Part shown: positions 21,208-31,438 of the stretch, in pieces
How positions within the stretch are numbered: position 1 is the first letter of the stretch
How the letters are laid out: the number at the start of each line of letters is the position of its first letter
DNA from: Deinococcota bacterium
GTDB taxonomy: Bacteria; Deinococcota; Deinococci; Deinococcales; Thermaceae
Length of the DNA stretch: 64,000 nt
Assembly: GCA_041695225.1 (NCBI GenBank)
Contig: JBGFRI010000014.1
Location: 154,186-218,185 of the forward strand
Reading direction: 5' to 3'
Program-made: the position numbers and the translations under genes
The notes under the pieces: generated by a model
Seen by the model: only the letters and a program-made list of their open reading frames with translations
Database searches by the model: none
Told to the model about the DNA's origin: nothing

Positions 21208-21561
21208 CTTCAGTGGCCGTTGCTTCAGATCCCGCGTTCATAGAAATTCTCCTGAGAATGTGCGCGGCCTGGCAATTTCCGAACATCCACTAGGCAGCCA
21301 GGCTCGAGACTCCAAGCATGAACCCAGGTTGTACGTAGCGCTGGCCTGAGTCCAAGGCGAATTGCGCATACCCGCTCGCTGCCAGGTCTGGGCATCAAGA
21401 GCCAACTCCCCTTCACCCGGCGGAAAGGAGGTGAGCCACTATGCTCATAGTAAACGCCCAACCCAATCGGAAGCCGGAAAAGCCGATTAAGCTTAGATTA
21501 AGAATACTCTGGCTCCAGCTTCAAGTCTTAAGGGGTATCCTCTAAGCGTAGGAGGAAAGTC

Positions 21562-22545
21562 ATGAAGCTAAGCATCTTCAGACTGGCTGGCCTAACCCTG
21601 ATAGGTCTGCTGATGGCTTGTGGCACCCAGACGCAGGGGCCAAACACCCTCACCCAGGCCGATGCCCAAGCCCTTTCCGAAGCAGTCCAGGGCGACCTGC
21701 AACTTACCGGCTTTCTACTGAGCAATGCCAGCGTGGGCGCACTAACCACCCAGAGCGAGGCCGATAGCCTGGATACCGGCGCCCAGAGCTGGGGCCTGCC
21801 CCGACGCTTAAACGTGATCATGCGGGCTGTAGGGGTGCTCTACCTGCCGGCCAGAGGCGGTGCAAACTGCGAGATCCGCACCACCCCCTCCCCGCTGGTA
21901 GATGCCGATAATGATGGTGTACCAGCCACTGCCACCACCACCTTCGACTGCCGCTATACCAGCCCCGGAGGTATCAGTTATACCTTGAGCGGCGCCATCA
22001 CGCTTAAGGACACCAACGACAACCAGCCAAACAGCGGTTTTAGTGTTTCCTTTGACAACTTCAGGTCTGTGGTGAGTGGCCCAAACCGTTCAGTGGAACG
22101 CACCCTGAACGGCTACTTTTCTATAGACACGCAAAACCCTGCTCTGTTCGCAATAACCAAGAACTACACCCAGACCGTGGCCAGGACCGTTCGAGACAAC
22201 ACCTTTACGGGCTCGCTGGCCTTCAATCTCAGCAAGACTTACGCCCCCACCAGCGATGGCGATGCTAACCCCTGGAATGCTGGCACCATCACTGTAGCCA
22301 GGACCGACCCGGGCAGCGCTACCTGGACCAGAGGCAGCCGCACCCGCAACCTGATCTGGTACACCGACCCCACCCTGCACTGGAACCACTCCTATTGCCG
22401 GAAACAAGAACCGCTGATGAATTTTGACCGCGGAGCCCTGGAGTACGTCTACACCAGTCCCGCTGGCGAAAAGTCCACCCTGCGAATCGAGTTCACCGGC
22501 TGTGGTCAGTTCACGGTTACCCTGAACGGGCAGCCTGTGGACTAA
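21562..22545 (+). CDS. hypothetical lipoprotein (beta-rich)
   Basis: Lipobox LLMA|C, AGGAGG RBS, Thr/Ser-rich with Cys pairs. Confidence 0.8.
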   Translation: MKLSIFRLAGLTLIGLLMACGTQTQGPNTLTQADAQALSEAVQGDLQLTGFLLSNASVGALTTQSEADSLDTGAQSWGLPRRLNVIMRAVGVLYLPARGGANCEIRTTPSPLVDADNDGVPATATTTFDCRYTSPGGISYTLSGAITLKDTNDNQPNSGFSVSFDNFRSVVSGPNRSVERTLNGYFSIDTQNPALFAITKNYTQTVARTVRDNTFTGSLAFNLSKTYAPTSDGDANPWNAGTITVARTDPGSATWTRGSRTRNLIWYTDPTLHWNHSYCRKQEPLMNFDRGALEYVYTSPAGEKSTLRIEFTGCGQFTVTLNGQPVD

Positions 22546-22693
22546 GCCCCTCAGACTTCCAGCCCTGGAGCAGCTATCTACCATTGACTGACAAAAACTG
22601 CTGAGACTGACTTTGTCAGACAGGCTACAGACCTGCTCCCAGGCTCTCGTGGGGCGGGCTGGACTTTTAAGACCGGCTCGGAAGGGTGGCGGC

Positions 22694-23317
22694 CTACAAA
22701 CCTTTTCGTGGCCGCTTGATGGTCTCGATATTGGCGCCATTGTGGAGAACGGCCGAAAATAGCTCCCACAGACTCACTGCTAGCTCTGGCTCGGTGGTGA
22801 TCTGGGTGAAGCGAAAGTAGGCGGTATCGCCCGAGGGCAGGACAAAGGTGGGGGTGCCAAATACGCCCAGTTCACCGGCATCCCCAAGGTCGCGGCTTAG
22901 CTCGAGGCGGCGGTTTTCCTGGTCCTCGAGGTCGGCCAGAAACCTTTCCAGCTCGAGCCCAGACCTGGCAACTGCCTCCACAAAGGTCTGGTCGTCGTTG
23001 AGTTTGCGCCGTTCCTGGTGGCGCATCCGGAAAAGCTCTAAAGCAAAGCGCAAGTGTGCCGATCTGCCCTGTTGCCGGGCGGCGTGCGAGGCCAGAAAAG
23101 CCCGTAGCGACTTAGGGCCTTCCAGGGGCTGTTCTACCAGCCTCCAGACCGGGGCGTTGCGAGGCAAGCCGGCATTTTCTTTATGATTGCCCTGCTCCAG
23201 GCTATAGTGCCGGATTTCCAGTTCCAGCCCGGCTAGTGGGGCCACCACGCTAATGAGCTCGAGGCCCCGCCAGGCGAAAGGGCAGGAATAGTCCAGGTAG
23301 ATGCTAACCGTCTGCAT
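22694..23317 (-). CDS. DsbA/FrnE-like oxidoreductase
   Basis: YLDYSCPFAW, GVFGTPTF. Confidence 0.8.
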   Translation of the reverse strand: MQTVSIYLDYSCPFAWRGLELISVVAPLAGLELEIRHYSLEQGNHKENAGLPRNAPVWRLVEQPLEGPKSLRAFLASHAARQQGRSAHLRFALELFRMRHQERRKLNDDQTFVEAVARSGLELERFLADLEDQENRRLELSRDLGDAGELGVFGTPTFVLPSGDTAYFRFTQITTEPELAVSLWELFSAVLHNGANIETIKRPRKGL

Positions 23318-23367
23318 AGCCACAGGCTACCGCATCTGGGGACCTGGGCCAACGATGGCTGGAAAGT

Positions 23368-24006
23368 GAGTCGCAGGTCTCGGGTCGCAAGTCGCAGGTC
23401 TAAGGTCGAAGGTCGAAGGTCTTTTGACTTTGGACTTTCGACCTTTCTAGTCGCAGGTCAGAAGTTAGTCTCAGGTCGCAAGTCGCAGGTCGCAGGTCAA
23501 CAGCCAGTCGCAGGTCTAAGGTCTAAGGTCTAAGGTCTTTTGACTTTGGACTTTCGAGCTTTCTAGTCGCAGGTCAAAAGCTATCAGCTATGCGCTATCG
23601 GCTATTAGCTATGGGCTAATGGAATGCCGCAGGTCGCGGGCAGCAGGTCGCATTGAGGCCGGGCGAGTCTAACCACTCAGCAAAGATGTCTGGCTTTCAG
23701 GTTTTAGCTCTTAGCTCTCGACCATCGACCCTCGACCCTCGACATTCTCTACTTGGCCTTTAGCTTTTTGGCCGTCAGCTTTTGACCCTTGACCCTCGAC
23801 TCTCGACGTTTTCTACTCGGCCTTCAGCTTTCAGCTTTTAGCTTTTGACCTTCGACTTTTGACCTTCAACCTTCGACTTTTTCTACTCGGCTTTCAGCTT
23901 TCGGCTCTCGACCCTCGACTCTCGACGTTTTCTACTCGGCTTTCGACTTTTGACCTTCGACCTTCGACGTTTTCTACTCAGCTTTCAGCCTTTGGCTCTC
24001 GACCCT
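23368..24006. repeat. large heptamer-repeat block
   Basis: About 640 bp of GTCGCAG, GGTCGAA/GGTCTAA, GCTATCA, CTTTTAG, CTCGACC, CTTCGAC units. Confidence 0.9.
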
Positions 24007-24012
24007 TTCTAT

Positions 24013-24978
24013 TCAGTCGCCAAAATACTCGTAGGTGTAACCTCCCTCCAGACCCAGCATCAGATCGAGGTTTTGCACCGCAGCCCCCGAGGCGCCCTTG
24101 CCCAGGTTATCAAAACGCGCCACCAGCAGGGCCTGCTGGCGCTGGGGGTTCTCGAAAACAAAAAGCTCCATCTGGTTAGTGCCGTTGAGGGTCTGGGGGT
24201 CAAGCACCGGGTGGTGTTTGGCGTATGTTTCCAGCGGCATCACCCGCACAAAGCGCTGACCCTGGTAGTGCTGCAATAGAGCCTGGTGCAGCTGGGAGCC
24301 GGTGACTTGCTGGGGCAAGGCCCAAAGATGTACTGGAACTAAAACCAGCATTCCCTGGCGGAAGCGGGCCACCGACGGGCTGAAGATGGGAGGGTGTTCA
24401 AGGCTCGAGTAAACCGTCATTTCGGGCACGTGTTTGTGGGTGAGCTCGAGGCCATAGACCCGGAAATCGCCGGCCAGGCGGTGCTCGCCCCGGCCCTCCA
24501 TGGCGTCAATCAGTTGCCGCCCGCCCCCCGAATAGCCCGAAATGCCCTGAACAGAGGCGGCAAACTTGGTGGGCAGCAGCCCGGCATCCACCAGGGGTCG
24601 CAGCAAGGCGATGGCCCCGGTAGAGTAGCAGCCTGGATTGGAGACCAGCCGGGCTTTAGCAATGCGCTCGGGCTGTCCCACCGCCAGCTCCGGGAAGCCA
24701 TACGCCCAGCCCTGGGCTACCCGGTGGGCCGAGCTGGCGTCCAGCAGTTTAGTCTGGGGGTTTTCCAGCATTCCCACTGCTTCTTTGGCCAGGTCGTCGT
24801 GGAGGCAGAGGATGGCTACCTCAACCGAGTTCAACAGGCGCTTGCGCTCGGCCTCGTCCTTGCGCCTGGCGGGGTCAATAGAGACCAGTTCGATATCGTC
24901 ACGCGGCTTTAGCCTGGCCCAGATCTGCAGCCCGGTCGTACCGGCCTCGCCGTCAATAAATACTCTGGGTCTGTTCAT
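24013..24978 (-). CDS. argC: N-acetyl-gamma-glutamyl-phosphate reductase (type 2 ArgC)
   Basis: [42 protein letters not shown]. Confidence 0.93.
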   Translation of the reverse strand: MNRPRVFIDGEAGTTGLQIWARLKPRDDIELVSIDPARRKDEAERKRLLNSVEVAILCLHDDLAKEAVGMLENPQTKLLDASSAHRVAQGWAYGFPELAVGQPERIAKARLVSNPGCYSTGAIALLRPLVDAGLLPTKFAASVQGISGYSGGGRQLIDAMEGRGEHRLAGDFRVYGLELTHKHVPEMTVYSSLEHPPIFSPSVARFRQGMLVLVPVHLWALPQQVTGSQLHQALLQHYQGQRFVRVMPLETYAKHHPVLDPQTLNGTNQMELFVFENPQRQQALLVARFDNLGKGASGAAVQNLDLMLGLEGGYTYEYFGD

Positions 24979-25432
24979 GGGTTTTCCCCAGGATGTTCTG
25001 TAACATCTCCACATCCAGCCGATCCTGCGGGCGCACTGAACCCTGCTTGAGCATGATCAGCCCGGCCGGCCCCAGGCTCTGGATGGTCACATTTTCCACC
25101 GGCTGGGCCTGGCTCAGGGGCAGCAGGTCGGCATAGGTCTGGCCGCCCATCAGGGTGAAGATGTCCACCGGAAAGTCCTCGTTGACCCGTATACAGCCCT
25201 CCTCGCGGCTAAAGTCGGAGGGCGTTAGCTCGCGGGCCGAACCCGAGCCAAAACCACCGAGCACGCTCAGCAAGCGCCGTAGGTTCTCCTCCGAGTCCTC
25301 CACCAGAATATCCACGGCGAAGGTGGCCCGGGGGAAGCCGCTAAAGGCCACCGCCAGACCACCCACCAGGATAAACTTAACCCTGCTTCGGCCCAGGGCG
25401 GCCAACAGACTTTCGAACGTGGGTTGGGTCAT
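24953..25432 (-). CDS. nucleotidyltransferase-fold protein (DUF6036-like)
   Basis: [24 protein letters not shown]...[17 protein letters not shown]. Confidence 0.75.
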   Translation of the reverse strand: MTQPTFESLLAALGRSRVKFILVGGLAVAFSGFPRATFAVDILVEDSEENLRRLLSVLGGFGSGSARELTPSDFSREEGCIRVNEDFPVDIFTLMGGQTYADLLPLSQAQPVENVTIQSLGPAGLIMLKQGSVRPQDRLDVEMLQNILGKTHEQTQSIY

Positions 25433-25551
25433 ATGCGGGCTCTATGCCAAGCTCCAAGAGCAACTGCCGTAAACGAAAAACCAGGACCAAAGGCGACTCT
25501 TTACGCGGCTGGCCCACTTGTTTGCGGATAAGCTCACCCTGCCCCACCCCC

Positions 25552-26493
25552 TTAGCCTAGCAGATGATAGAGCAGCGCTTTCTGGGCGTGGAGCCGGTTC
25601 TCGGCCTGGTCAAAAACGCGGGACTTTGGGTGCAGGGTGGCCTCCTCGACCACTTCCTCGCCGTAGTGGGCTGGAAGGCAGTGCAAGAAGATACCATCGG
25701 GATCAATCAAGTCCAGCATGGCGGGGTTGACCTGAAAGCCAGCAAAGTCTTTGATCTTGCGCCGTTGGCTGGCCTCGGCCTCCTGGCCCATGCTGACCCA
25801 GACGTCGGTGTAGAGCACCTGGGCGCCTTCGGCTGCGGCGCGGGGGTCGTGGGTGAGGGTGATATCGGCCCCCTGCTTCAGGGCCTCCATGTAGATCACC
25901 GCGTTGGGCTCGTAGCCGCGTGGGGTAGCGATGGTGAGCTTTGCGCCGGAGAGCACAGCGGTCTGGATGTGGGCGTTGGCCATGTTGTTGCCATCGCCGA
26001 TATAGGCCACCTTTAGGCCCCGGGTACTGGGGAAGGTTTCCTCGATGGTCTGGTAGTCGGCCAGCAGTTGCACCGGGTGCAGCAGGTCGGAAAGCCCGTT
26101 GATAACTGGCTTGGAGGAGTACAGGGCCAGTTCCTCAACAGTAGAGTGCAGGTAGACCCGGGCCATGATAGCCTCTACCCAGCGCTCGAGGTTCAGGGCA
26201 ATGTCGCGCACCGGCTCACGAGTGCTCAGGCCTATCTCGGCATTGGTCAGGTTGAGGGCGTGCCCCCCGAGCTGGTTCATGGCGATCTCGAAGGTGGAAC
26301 GGGTACGCAGGCTGGGTTTCTCGAAGATCATGGCCAGGGTCTGGCCCTGAAGGGGGCGCAGCCCCTTGTAAACACCGCCTTTCATGGCATGGGCTGTATC
26401 CAGCACAGCCCGATACTCAGCGGACGAGAGGTCGAGATTAGAAAGGAAGTCGCGGCCTTTCAGGCTGTAAACGGGCTTGATCACTTCAACCAC
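25552..26493 (-). CDS. argF: ornithine carbamoyltransferase
   Basis: FEKPSLRTR, HPVQLLAD, DVWVSMG, HCLP, QAENRLH; GTG 26493 after GGAGG. Confidence 0.93.
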   Translation of the reverse strand: MVEVIKPVYSLKGRDFLSNLDLSSAEYRAVLDTAHAMKGGVYKGLRPLQGQTLAMIFEKPSLRTRSTFEIAMNQLGGHALNLTNAEIGLSTREPVRDIALNLERWVEAIMARVYLHSTVEELALYSSKPVINGLSDLLHPVQLLADYQTIEETFPSTRGLKVAYIGDGNNMANAHIQTAVLSGAKLTIATPRGYEPNAVIYMEALKQGADITLTHDPRAAAEGAQVLYTDVWVSMGQEAEASQRRKIKDFAGFQVNPAMLDLIDPDGIFLHCLPAHYGEEVVEEATLHPKSRVFDQAENRLHAQKALLYHLLG

Positions 26494-26560
26494 TGGCTGC
26501 CTCCATACACACCCTGTGCGTATAAACACGCTACAAGAGGGTTTTATTATACAAGGCATC

Positions 26561-26715
26561 GCTAATGGCTAATAGCTAATAGCCGATAGCCCATAGCTGA
26601 TACCTTTTGACCTGCGACTAGAAAGGTCGAAAGTCGAAAGTCCAAAGTCAAAAGACCTTCGACCTTCGACCTTAGACCTGCGACTGGCTGTTGACCAGCG
26701 ACTTGCGACCTGTGA
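26561..26715. repeat. heptamer-repeat block, inverted copy of 23473-23620
   Basis: Reverse complement aligns module by module. Confidence 0.88.
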
Positions 26716-26737
26716 CATCCCTGGTTGCTAAAACCAC

Positions 26738-27436
26738 TCAGATAGCCTCGAGGGCCACCTCTACCATCTGGTTGAAGGTTTCTTGGCGTTCCTGCGGAGT
26801 CGTTTGTTGGTGCGTAACCAGGTGGTCGCTTATGGTCAGGACGCACAGGGCCTGCACGCCAAACTTGGCGGCCAGGGTATAGAGCCCGGCAGCCTCCATC
26901 TCCACCGCCAGCACCCCAAACTGGGCCCATCGTTTATAGCTGGCAGGATCATCTTGGTAAAAATTATCCGAAGAGAGAACATTGCCCACATGAACGGACA
27001 GGCCCCTGGCCTGAGCATGAGTGTGGGCGCGAGATAGCAGCTCAAAACTGGCGATGGGAGAGTAGGTCTGCCCAGCAAAGCGGATATTGTTGAGGGCCGA
27101 GTCGGTACACGCAGCCTGGGCAATCACCAGGTCGCGGAGCCTGATGTGTTCTTGCATGGAACCAGCAGTTCCTACCCGAACCAGGGTCTTGCAACCGTAG
27201 AACTGAACTAGCTCGTGAATGTAGATGCTGGCCGAAGGAATACCCATCCCGGTACCCTGGACGCTGACTCGTCTTCCCTTATAGCTTCCGGTATAGCCCA
27301 GCATGTTGCGCACCTGGTTATACAGCACAGGGTTTTGTAGAAAGTTCTCGGCGATATACTTGGCCCGCAGGGGGTCTCCGGGGAGCAGAACGGCGTCGGC
27401 AATTGCCCCAGGCGGGGCAGAGATATGCGGCGTCAT
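26738..27436 (-). CDS. deoD: purine nucleoside phosphorylase
   Basis: LLPGDPLRAKYIA, GTGMGIPSASIY, RVGTAG, VEMEAA, TISDH. Confidence 0.96.
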   Translation of the reverse strand: MTPHISAPPGAIADAVLLPGDPLRAKYIAENFLQNPVLYNQVRNMLGYTGSYKGRRVSVQGTGMGIPSASIYIHELVQFYGCKTLVRVGTAGSMQEHIRLRDLVIAQAACTDSALNNIRFAGQTYSPIASFELLSRAHTHAQARGLSVHVGNVLSSDNFYQDDPASYKRWAQFGVLAVEMEAAGLYTLAAKFGVQALCVLTISDHLVTHQQTTPQERQETFNQMVEVALEAI

Positions 27437-27489
27437 GCATGTACTCTATAGCGTAGAGGCGGGTTAATACAGTGCACGACCCCAGGCCT

Positions 27490-28587
27490 TTATTCGTCCG
27501 GCCAGTCGCCAAAACCCTGCTTATCGGACCGGCGCAGCACGGCTAGTTCAAACTGGGTGGGGTTTTGGGCGTGCAGGCGTGCAGTATGGTAGTCTACCCG
27601 GCCCTGGTGGTACAGGGCTAGCAGGTTGGCGTCAAAACTCTGGTAGCCTTCCAGGCCCTGCTCGCGCAACACTTCGCGCAGCCGGTCAGTCTGGCTGGGC
27701 TGCTTGAGGGCCTCGCGGATGCGAGGGGTGAGGGTAATTACTTCAGTAACGGGAACACGCTCGCCATCGGTGGTGGGCACCAGGCGCTGGTGAATGATGC
27801 CCAGCAGGCTCTCGGCTAACAAGACCCGGTTGATATTGCGCTCGCTCAGGCTAAACAGTTCCAGCATTCGGTTGAGTACGCTGCTGCTGTCGCTGGAGAC
27901 AAAGGTCGAGAGCACCAGATGGCCGGTATAGACCGCATTCAGCACTGCCGAAGCAGTAGCCTGGTCGCGGATTTCGCCAATTACAATCACATCGGCGTTC
28001 TGGCGCATGGCGGCCAGCAAGGCTTTCTCGTAGGAGACCGCATCGGAGCCAATTTCACGCTGGATGACCGCAGAACGTTTGGGGCGGTGCAGGTATTCGA
28101 TGGGGTCTTCGACCGTAACGATGATGCGGGTATGGTGGGTGTTGATCTCGTCTACCAGCTTGGCCAGGGTAGTGGATTTCCCTGAGCCAATGGGCCCGGT
28201 AACCAGCACCAGGCCCCGGTCCTGGTCGCGGAAAAACTCGAGGTACTCCGCCCCCACATTGACCTTGCTGAGGTCGGTATCCTCGCTGCTGAGGGTGTGA
28301 AGCACCGCACTGATGGAGCCGCGCTGATAGAAAAGGTTCACCCGCAGCCGGGTTAGACCGGGCAGGCTATAGGCCACATCTACCTGGCGGAAGGTGCGCA
28401 GGCGGGCCTGCTGTTGCGGAGTACAAAGCTTCTCGACCAGGCTGGCAGTGAATTCTGGGGTAATGGCGCTACGGCTGACCGTCCTGAGTTCGCCGCCAAT
28501 ACGGGCCAGTACAGGAATTCCAGCATGCAGATGGATATCCGAGGCGCCTTTGTGTACAAGCTGGGTGAGCATTTCTACCAAATGCAT
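27490..28587 (-). CDS. PilT/PilU-family ATPase, divergent paralog
   Basis: GASDIHL, GPIGSGKST, TVEDPIEY, IVIGEIRD; His box altered (STFVS). Confidence 0.88.
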   Translation of the reverse strand: MHLVEMLTQLVHKGASDIHLHAGIPVLARIGGELRTVSRSAITPEFTASLVEKLCTPQQQARLRTFRQVDVAYSLPGLTRLRVNLFYQRGSISAVLHTLSSEDTDLSKVNVGAEYLEFFRDQDRGLVLVTGPIGSGKSTTLAKLVDEINTHHTRIIVTVEDPIEYLHRPKRSAVIQREIGSDAVSYEKALLAAMRQNADVIVIGEIRDQATASAVLNAVYTGHLVLSTFVSSDSSSVLNRMLELFSLSERNINRVLLAESLLGIIHQRLVPTTDGERVPVTEVITLTPRIREALKQPSQTDRLREVLREQGLEGYQSFDANLLALYHQGRVDYHTARLHAQNPTQFELAVLRRSDKQGFGDWPDE

Positions 28588-28819
28588 AAGCAATCAATGG
28601 GAAGCCTAACATCTTTTACATAACCCTGACACCATTTTCAAACCGCCAGGCGTTACGGATTCGTGCCACCACCTTAATAATCAGGGCAATCTGACTCTGG
28701 CCCCTGCTCCAGAAGAGCTCTGCGCCACGGTAAAGTTGAACAGCTTCCCTCCCGTAGGGCAGAAAGGCTGGCTACGCCATCGGAATGTGATCCTTACGCC
28801 GCCGAAGGCCAAATATTTG

Positions 28820-28916
28820 GCTAATAGCTCATAGCTAGTAGCGGATAGCTAAATGCTGCTGATAGCTGATAGCAAAAGATTAATAGCTATCAGCCATCAG
28901 CTATCGGCTATCAGCT
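28820..28916. repeat. heptamer-repeat block
   Basis: GCTAATA/GCTGATA followed by inverted GCTATCA units. Confidence 0.8.
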
Positions 28917-28929
28917 TCTATTCAGCAGT

Positions 28930-29436
28930 TCAGTCGAACGAGAGGGCATGGGCTAGCTGGGCGACTGGGCGGCCGGTAATGCGCTGGACTGCCTCGGGGA
29001 TGAGCGGCAGGATGATCTCGAGGGAGTCTTTGCAGCCCTGGGGGCCACCTGGCAGGTTGACGACCAGGGTTTTGCCGCGTATGCCGGCCACCCCCCGTGA
29101 AAGAGCAGCCAGGGGGTTTTTCTTGTAGGCTTCCATCCGGATGAGTTCAGCAATGCCAGGAGCCTCCTTTTCCAGCATCTCGCGCGTGGCCTCGGGCACA
29201 TGGTCGCGGCAGCTCAGGCGAATGCTGCCGCTGGTCAGGATCAGGTCCAGGCCGTCGCGGTCGGTCCACAGGCGCAACAAGCGCTTGATCTGGGCTGGCT
29301 CGTCGGGGATAATCTCATAGCCGGTAATCTCGTAGGGGCCAAGGGCCAGGGTTTCACGCAGCACCGCATAGGCGCGGTCTTCAATCTCGCGGCGGGCCTC
29401 GCGGTCGGAAACGGTAATGATGCCGACTCGAATCAT
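28930..29436 (-). CDS. Mog/MoaB family protein, divergent
   Basis: IITVSDR, IIPDE, RDHVPEATR, LSRGVAGIRGKTLVVNLPG. Confidence 0.85.
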   Translation of the reverse strand: MIRVGIITVSDREARREIEDRAYAVLRETLALGPYEITGYEIIPDEPAQIKRLLRLWTDRDGLDLILTSGSIRLSCRDHVPEATREMLEKEAPGIAELIRMEAYKKNPLAALSRGVAGIRGKTLVVNLPGGPQGCKDSLEIILPLIPEAVQRITGRPVAQLAHALSFD

Positions 29437-29479
29437 TTAACACACAGTCTAGACCACCAGGGTGATAGTTTTTGGTCAT

Positions 29480-30064
29480 ATGTGGCACCAGAGCGTTACG
29501 CTGGAGGGTCGCTTTATTGTTCTTACGCCCCTGGCACTCGAGCATGCCCCCGCCATGCTGGAGCATTTCGAGGCCGAGATGGTGCAGTACCTGAGTAATG
29601 CACCCCGAGAACCCACCCTGAAGAGCATGCAAGACTACATTCGCTCGCTGCTCTCGGCCCCGGACCGGGTAAACTGGGCCATCTTAGATAAGGCCAGCGG
29701 CAAAATGGCGGGACGCACCGGCTACGTGCGGGTCAATCCAGAGTACCGCTCACTGGAGACCAGCACCTGGATTTTCACCCCGTTTCAAAGGGGTTACGCC
29801 AACGCCGAAAGCAAATACCTTTTGATCCGCCGCGCCTTTGAGCAGTTAGGGGCCATCCGGGTGCAGTTTCGCACCGATGCCCGCAACAGCCGGAGCCGTA
29901 AAGCCATTGAAAAACTGGGGGCTAGTTTCGAGGGAATTTTACGCAAAGACCAGATCTACCCCAATGGCGCAATCCGCAACACCGCGGTCTACTCAATTAT
30001 TGACGACGAGTGGCCCGCGGTGAAAAGTAGGCTTCAGGCCAGGCTTTACACAACGGGAGGGTAA
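29480..30064 (+). CDS. GNAT acetyltransferase, RimJ/RimL-like
   Basis: AFEQLGAIRVQFRTDARNSRSRKAIEKLGASFEGILR, YSIIDDEWP. Confidence 0.88.
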   Translation: MWHQSVTLEGRFIVLTPLALEHAPAMLEHFEAEMVQYLSNAPREPTLKSMQDYIRSLLSAPDRVNWAILDKASGKMAGRTGYVRVNPEYRSLETSTWIFTPFQRGYANAESKYLLIRRAFEQLGAIRVQFRTDARNSRSRKAIEKLGASFEGILRKDQIYPNGAIRNTAVYSIIDDEWPAVKSRLQARLYTTGG

Positions 30065-30251
30065 GCGGCTCACATTCCTGGGGAGCCGCTGTCACACCGC
30101 TGGCTGGTCTTATCAGGAATTTTCGCTCTTAGTAAAGCTCTAGGCTGCCGCTTATCTCTGGGGTACGATGAAATACCTGCAAGCCTTAGCAGTCTGAGCA
30201 GTGCGGGTTTTTGGTGGTAATTCTGCTCGAGGCTTTAGATGTGGGAGCATT

Positions 30252-31409
30252 ATGCATCTAACCAGCATCCCCATTTACGACCACCACGCCTACTCTTTGT
30301 TTACCGAAGAACGTTGGCGCCAGGTGCCGCTAGCGCGCTACTTCAGCCCGAACCCCAGCCCCGAGAACCTCCCCTTTGCGCAGGACAACCTGTTTTTTCG
30401 CCGCAGTTTGCGAGACCTGGCCGAGTTTTATGGCTGTGAACCCACCCTCGAGGCCCTGGGGGAGGCACGCCAGCGGCACAACTACCCCGACCTGGCCCGT
30501 TGGCTGTTCGCCGAAGCCAATATTTCCAATCTGCTCATCGAGGATGGTGTAGTGGGCAGCGACCTCTGGACCATCGGAGAGTGCGACGAGCGGCTGCCCC
30601 CGGTGGCCCGCCGGGTACTGCAACTCGAGGCCGAGCTGGCCAAATTTCTGGTGCGCCACGAGACTGCTACCCGGCTGTTGCAGGCTTTCGAGAGCCATCT
30701 GCGGGCCATGGTGCCAACCGTGGCGGCTTTCAAGAGCATCGTGGCCTACCGCAGCGGGCTGGATATCGTCCGCCACAACCTGGTCGAGCTCGAGCGGGCC
30801 TATAGCGAGTTGCGTCGCCACCTATCCCCCGGTCAGGTCCCCCGCATCACCAGCAAACCCTTGCTGGATTCCATGCTCTGGATGGCCCTTAGAGTAGCCG
30901 ACGAGACCGGCAAGGTGGTGCAGTTTCACGCTGGTTATGGCAGTCCCGCGCTGGACCTTCGTCTGGCCAGCCCCCTGGGACTGCGCGGTGTGCTGGAGGA
31001 CCCCGAGCTGCATGGCCTGAAAATCGTCCTGCTCCATTGCTATCCCTACGTGCGGGAAGCTGGATATCTGGCCAACAGCTATCCTGGGGTCTTTCTGGAC
31101 CTGGGGCTAACCATCCCCGCTGCAAGTGTCCACGCCATGCGTACGGCCCTGCACGAAGCCACCCACCTGACACCCATCAGCAAAGTGCTCTTCTCCACCA
31201 GCGCCAGCCACAGCCCCGAGATGTTCTGGATCGCAGCCCGCTGGGGACGGCGCATCCTGGCCCAGGTGCTCGAGCAAGCGGTCTACAACGGAGACCTCAC
31301 CAACGGCGAGACCACCTGGGCAGCCGAGCGCATCCTCTACCGCAATGCAGCCGGGCTCTACGGCAGTTCTGCGGGCTCTCCCACCGAGCCGGTGGTCTCG
31401 CTGTTCTAA
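30252..31409 (+). CDS. amidohydrolase family protein (FluG N-terminal-like)
   Basis: DHHAY, AFKSIVAYRSGL, QFHAGYG, VLLHCYPY. Confidence 0.8.
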   Translation: MHLTSIPIYDHHAYSLFTEERWRQVPLARYFSPNPSPENLPFAQDNLFFRRSLRDLAEFYGCEPTLEALGEARQRHNYPDLARWLFAEANISNLLIEDGVVGSDLWTIGECDERLPPVARRVLQLEAELAKFLVRHETATRLLQAFESHLRAMVPTVAAFKSIVAYRSGLDIVRHNLVELERAYSELRRHLSPGQVPRITSKPLLDSMLWMALRVADETGKVVQFHAGYGSPALDLRLASPLGLRGVLEDPELHGLKIVLLHCYPYVREAGYLANSYPGVFLDLGLTIPAASVHAMRTALHEATHLTPISKVLFSTSASHSPEMFWIAARWGRRILAQVLEQAVYNGDLTNGETTWAAERILYRNAAGLYGSSAGSPTEPVVSLF

Positions 31410-31438
31410 CCCAGGGGTAGCCAACCCCTGAGTCTACC

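Noticed and set aside
23368..24006. CRISPR or coding ORF (23859-24179) in heptamer block
   Set aside because: 7-bp periodic low-complexity sequence; the translated ORF is repetitive and has no unique spacers.
28600..28815. Structured RNA upstream of the second pilT paralog
   Set aside because: No motif that I could match to a known RNA family.
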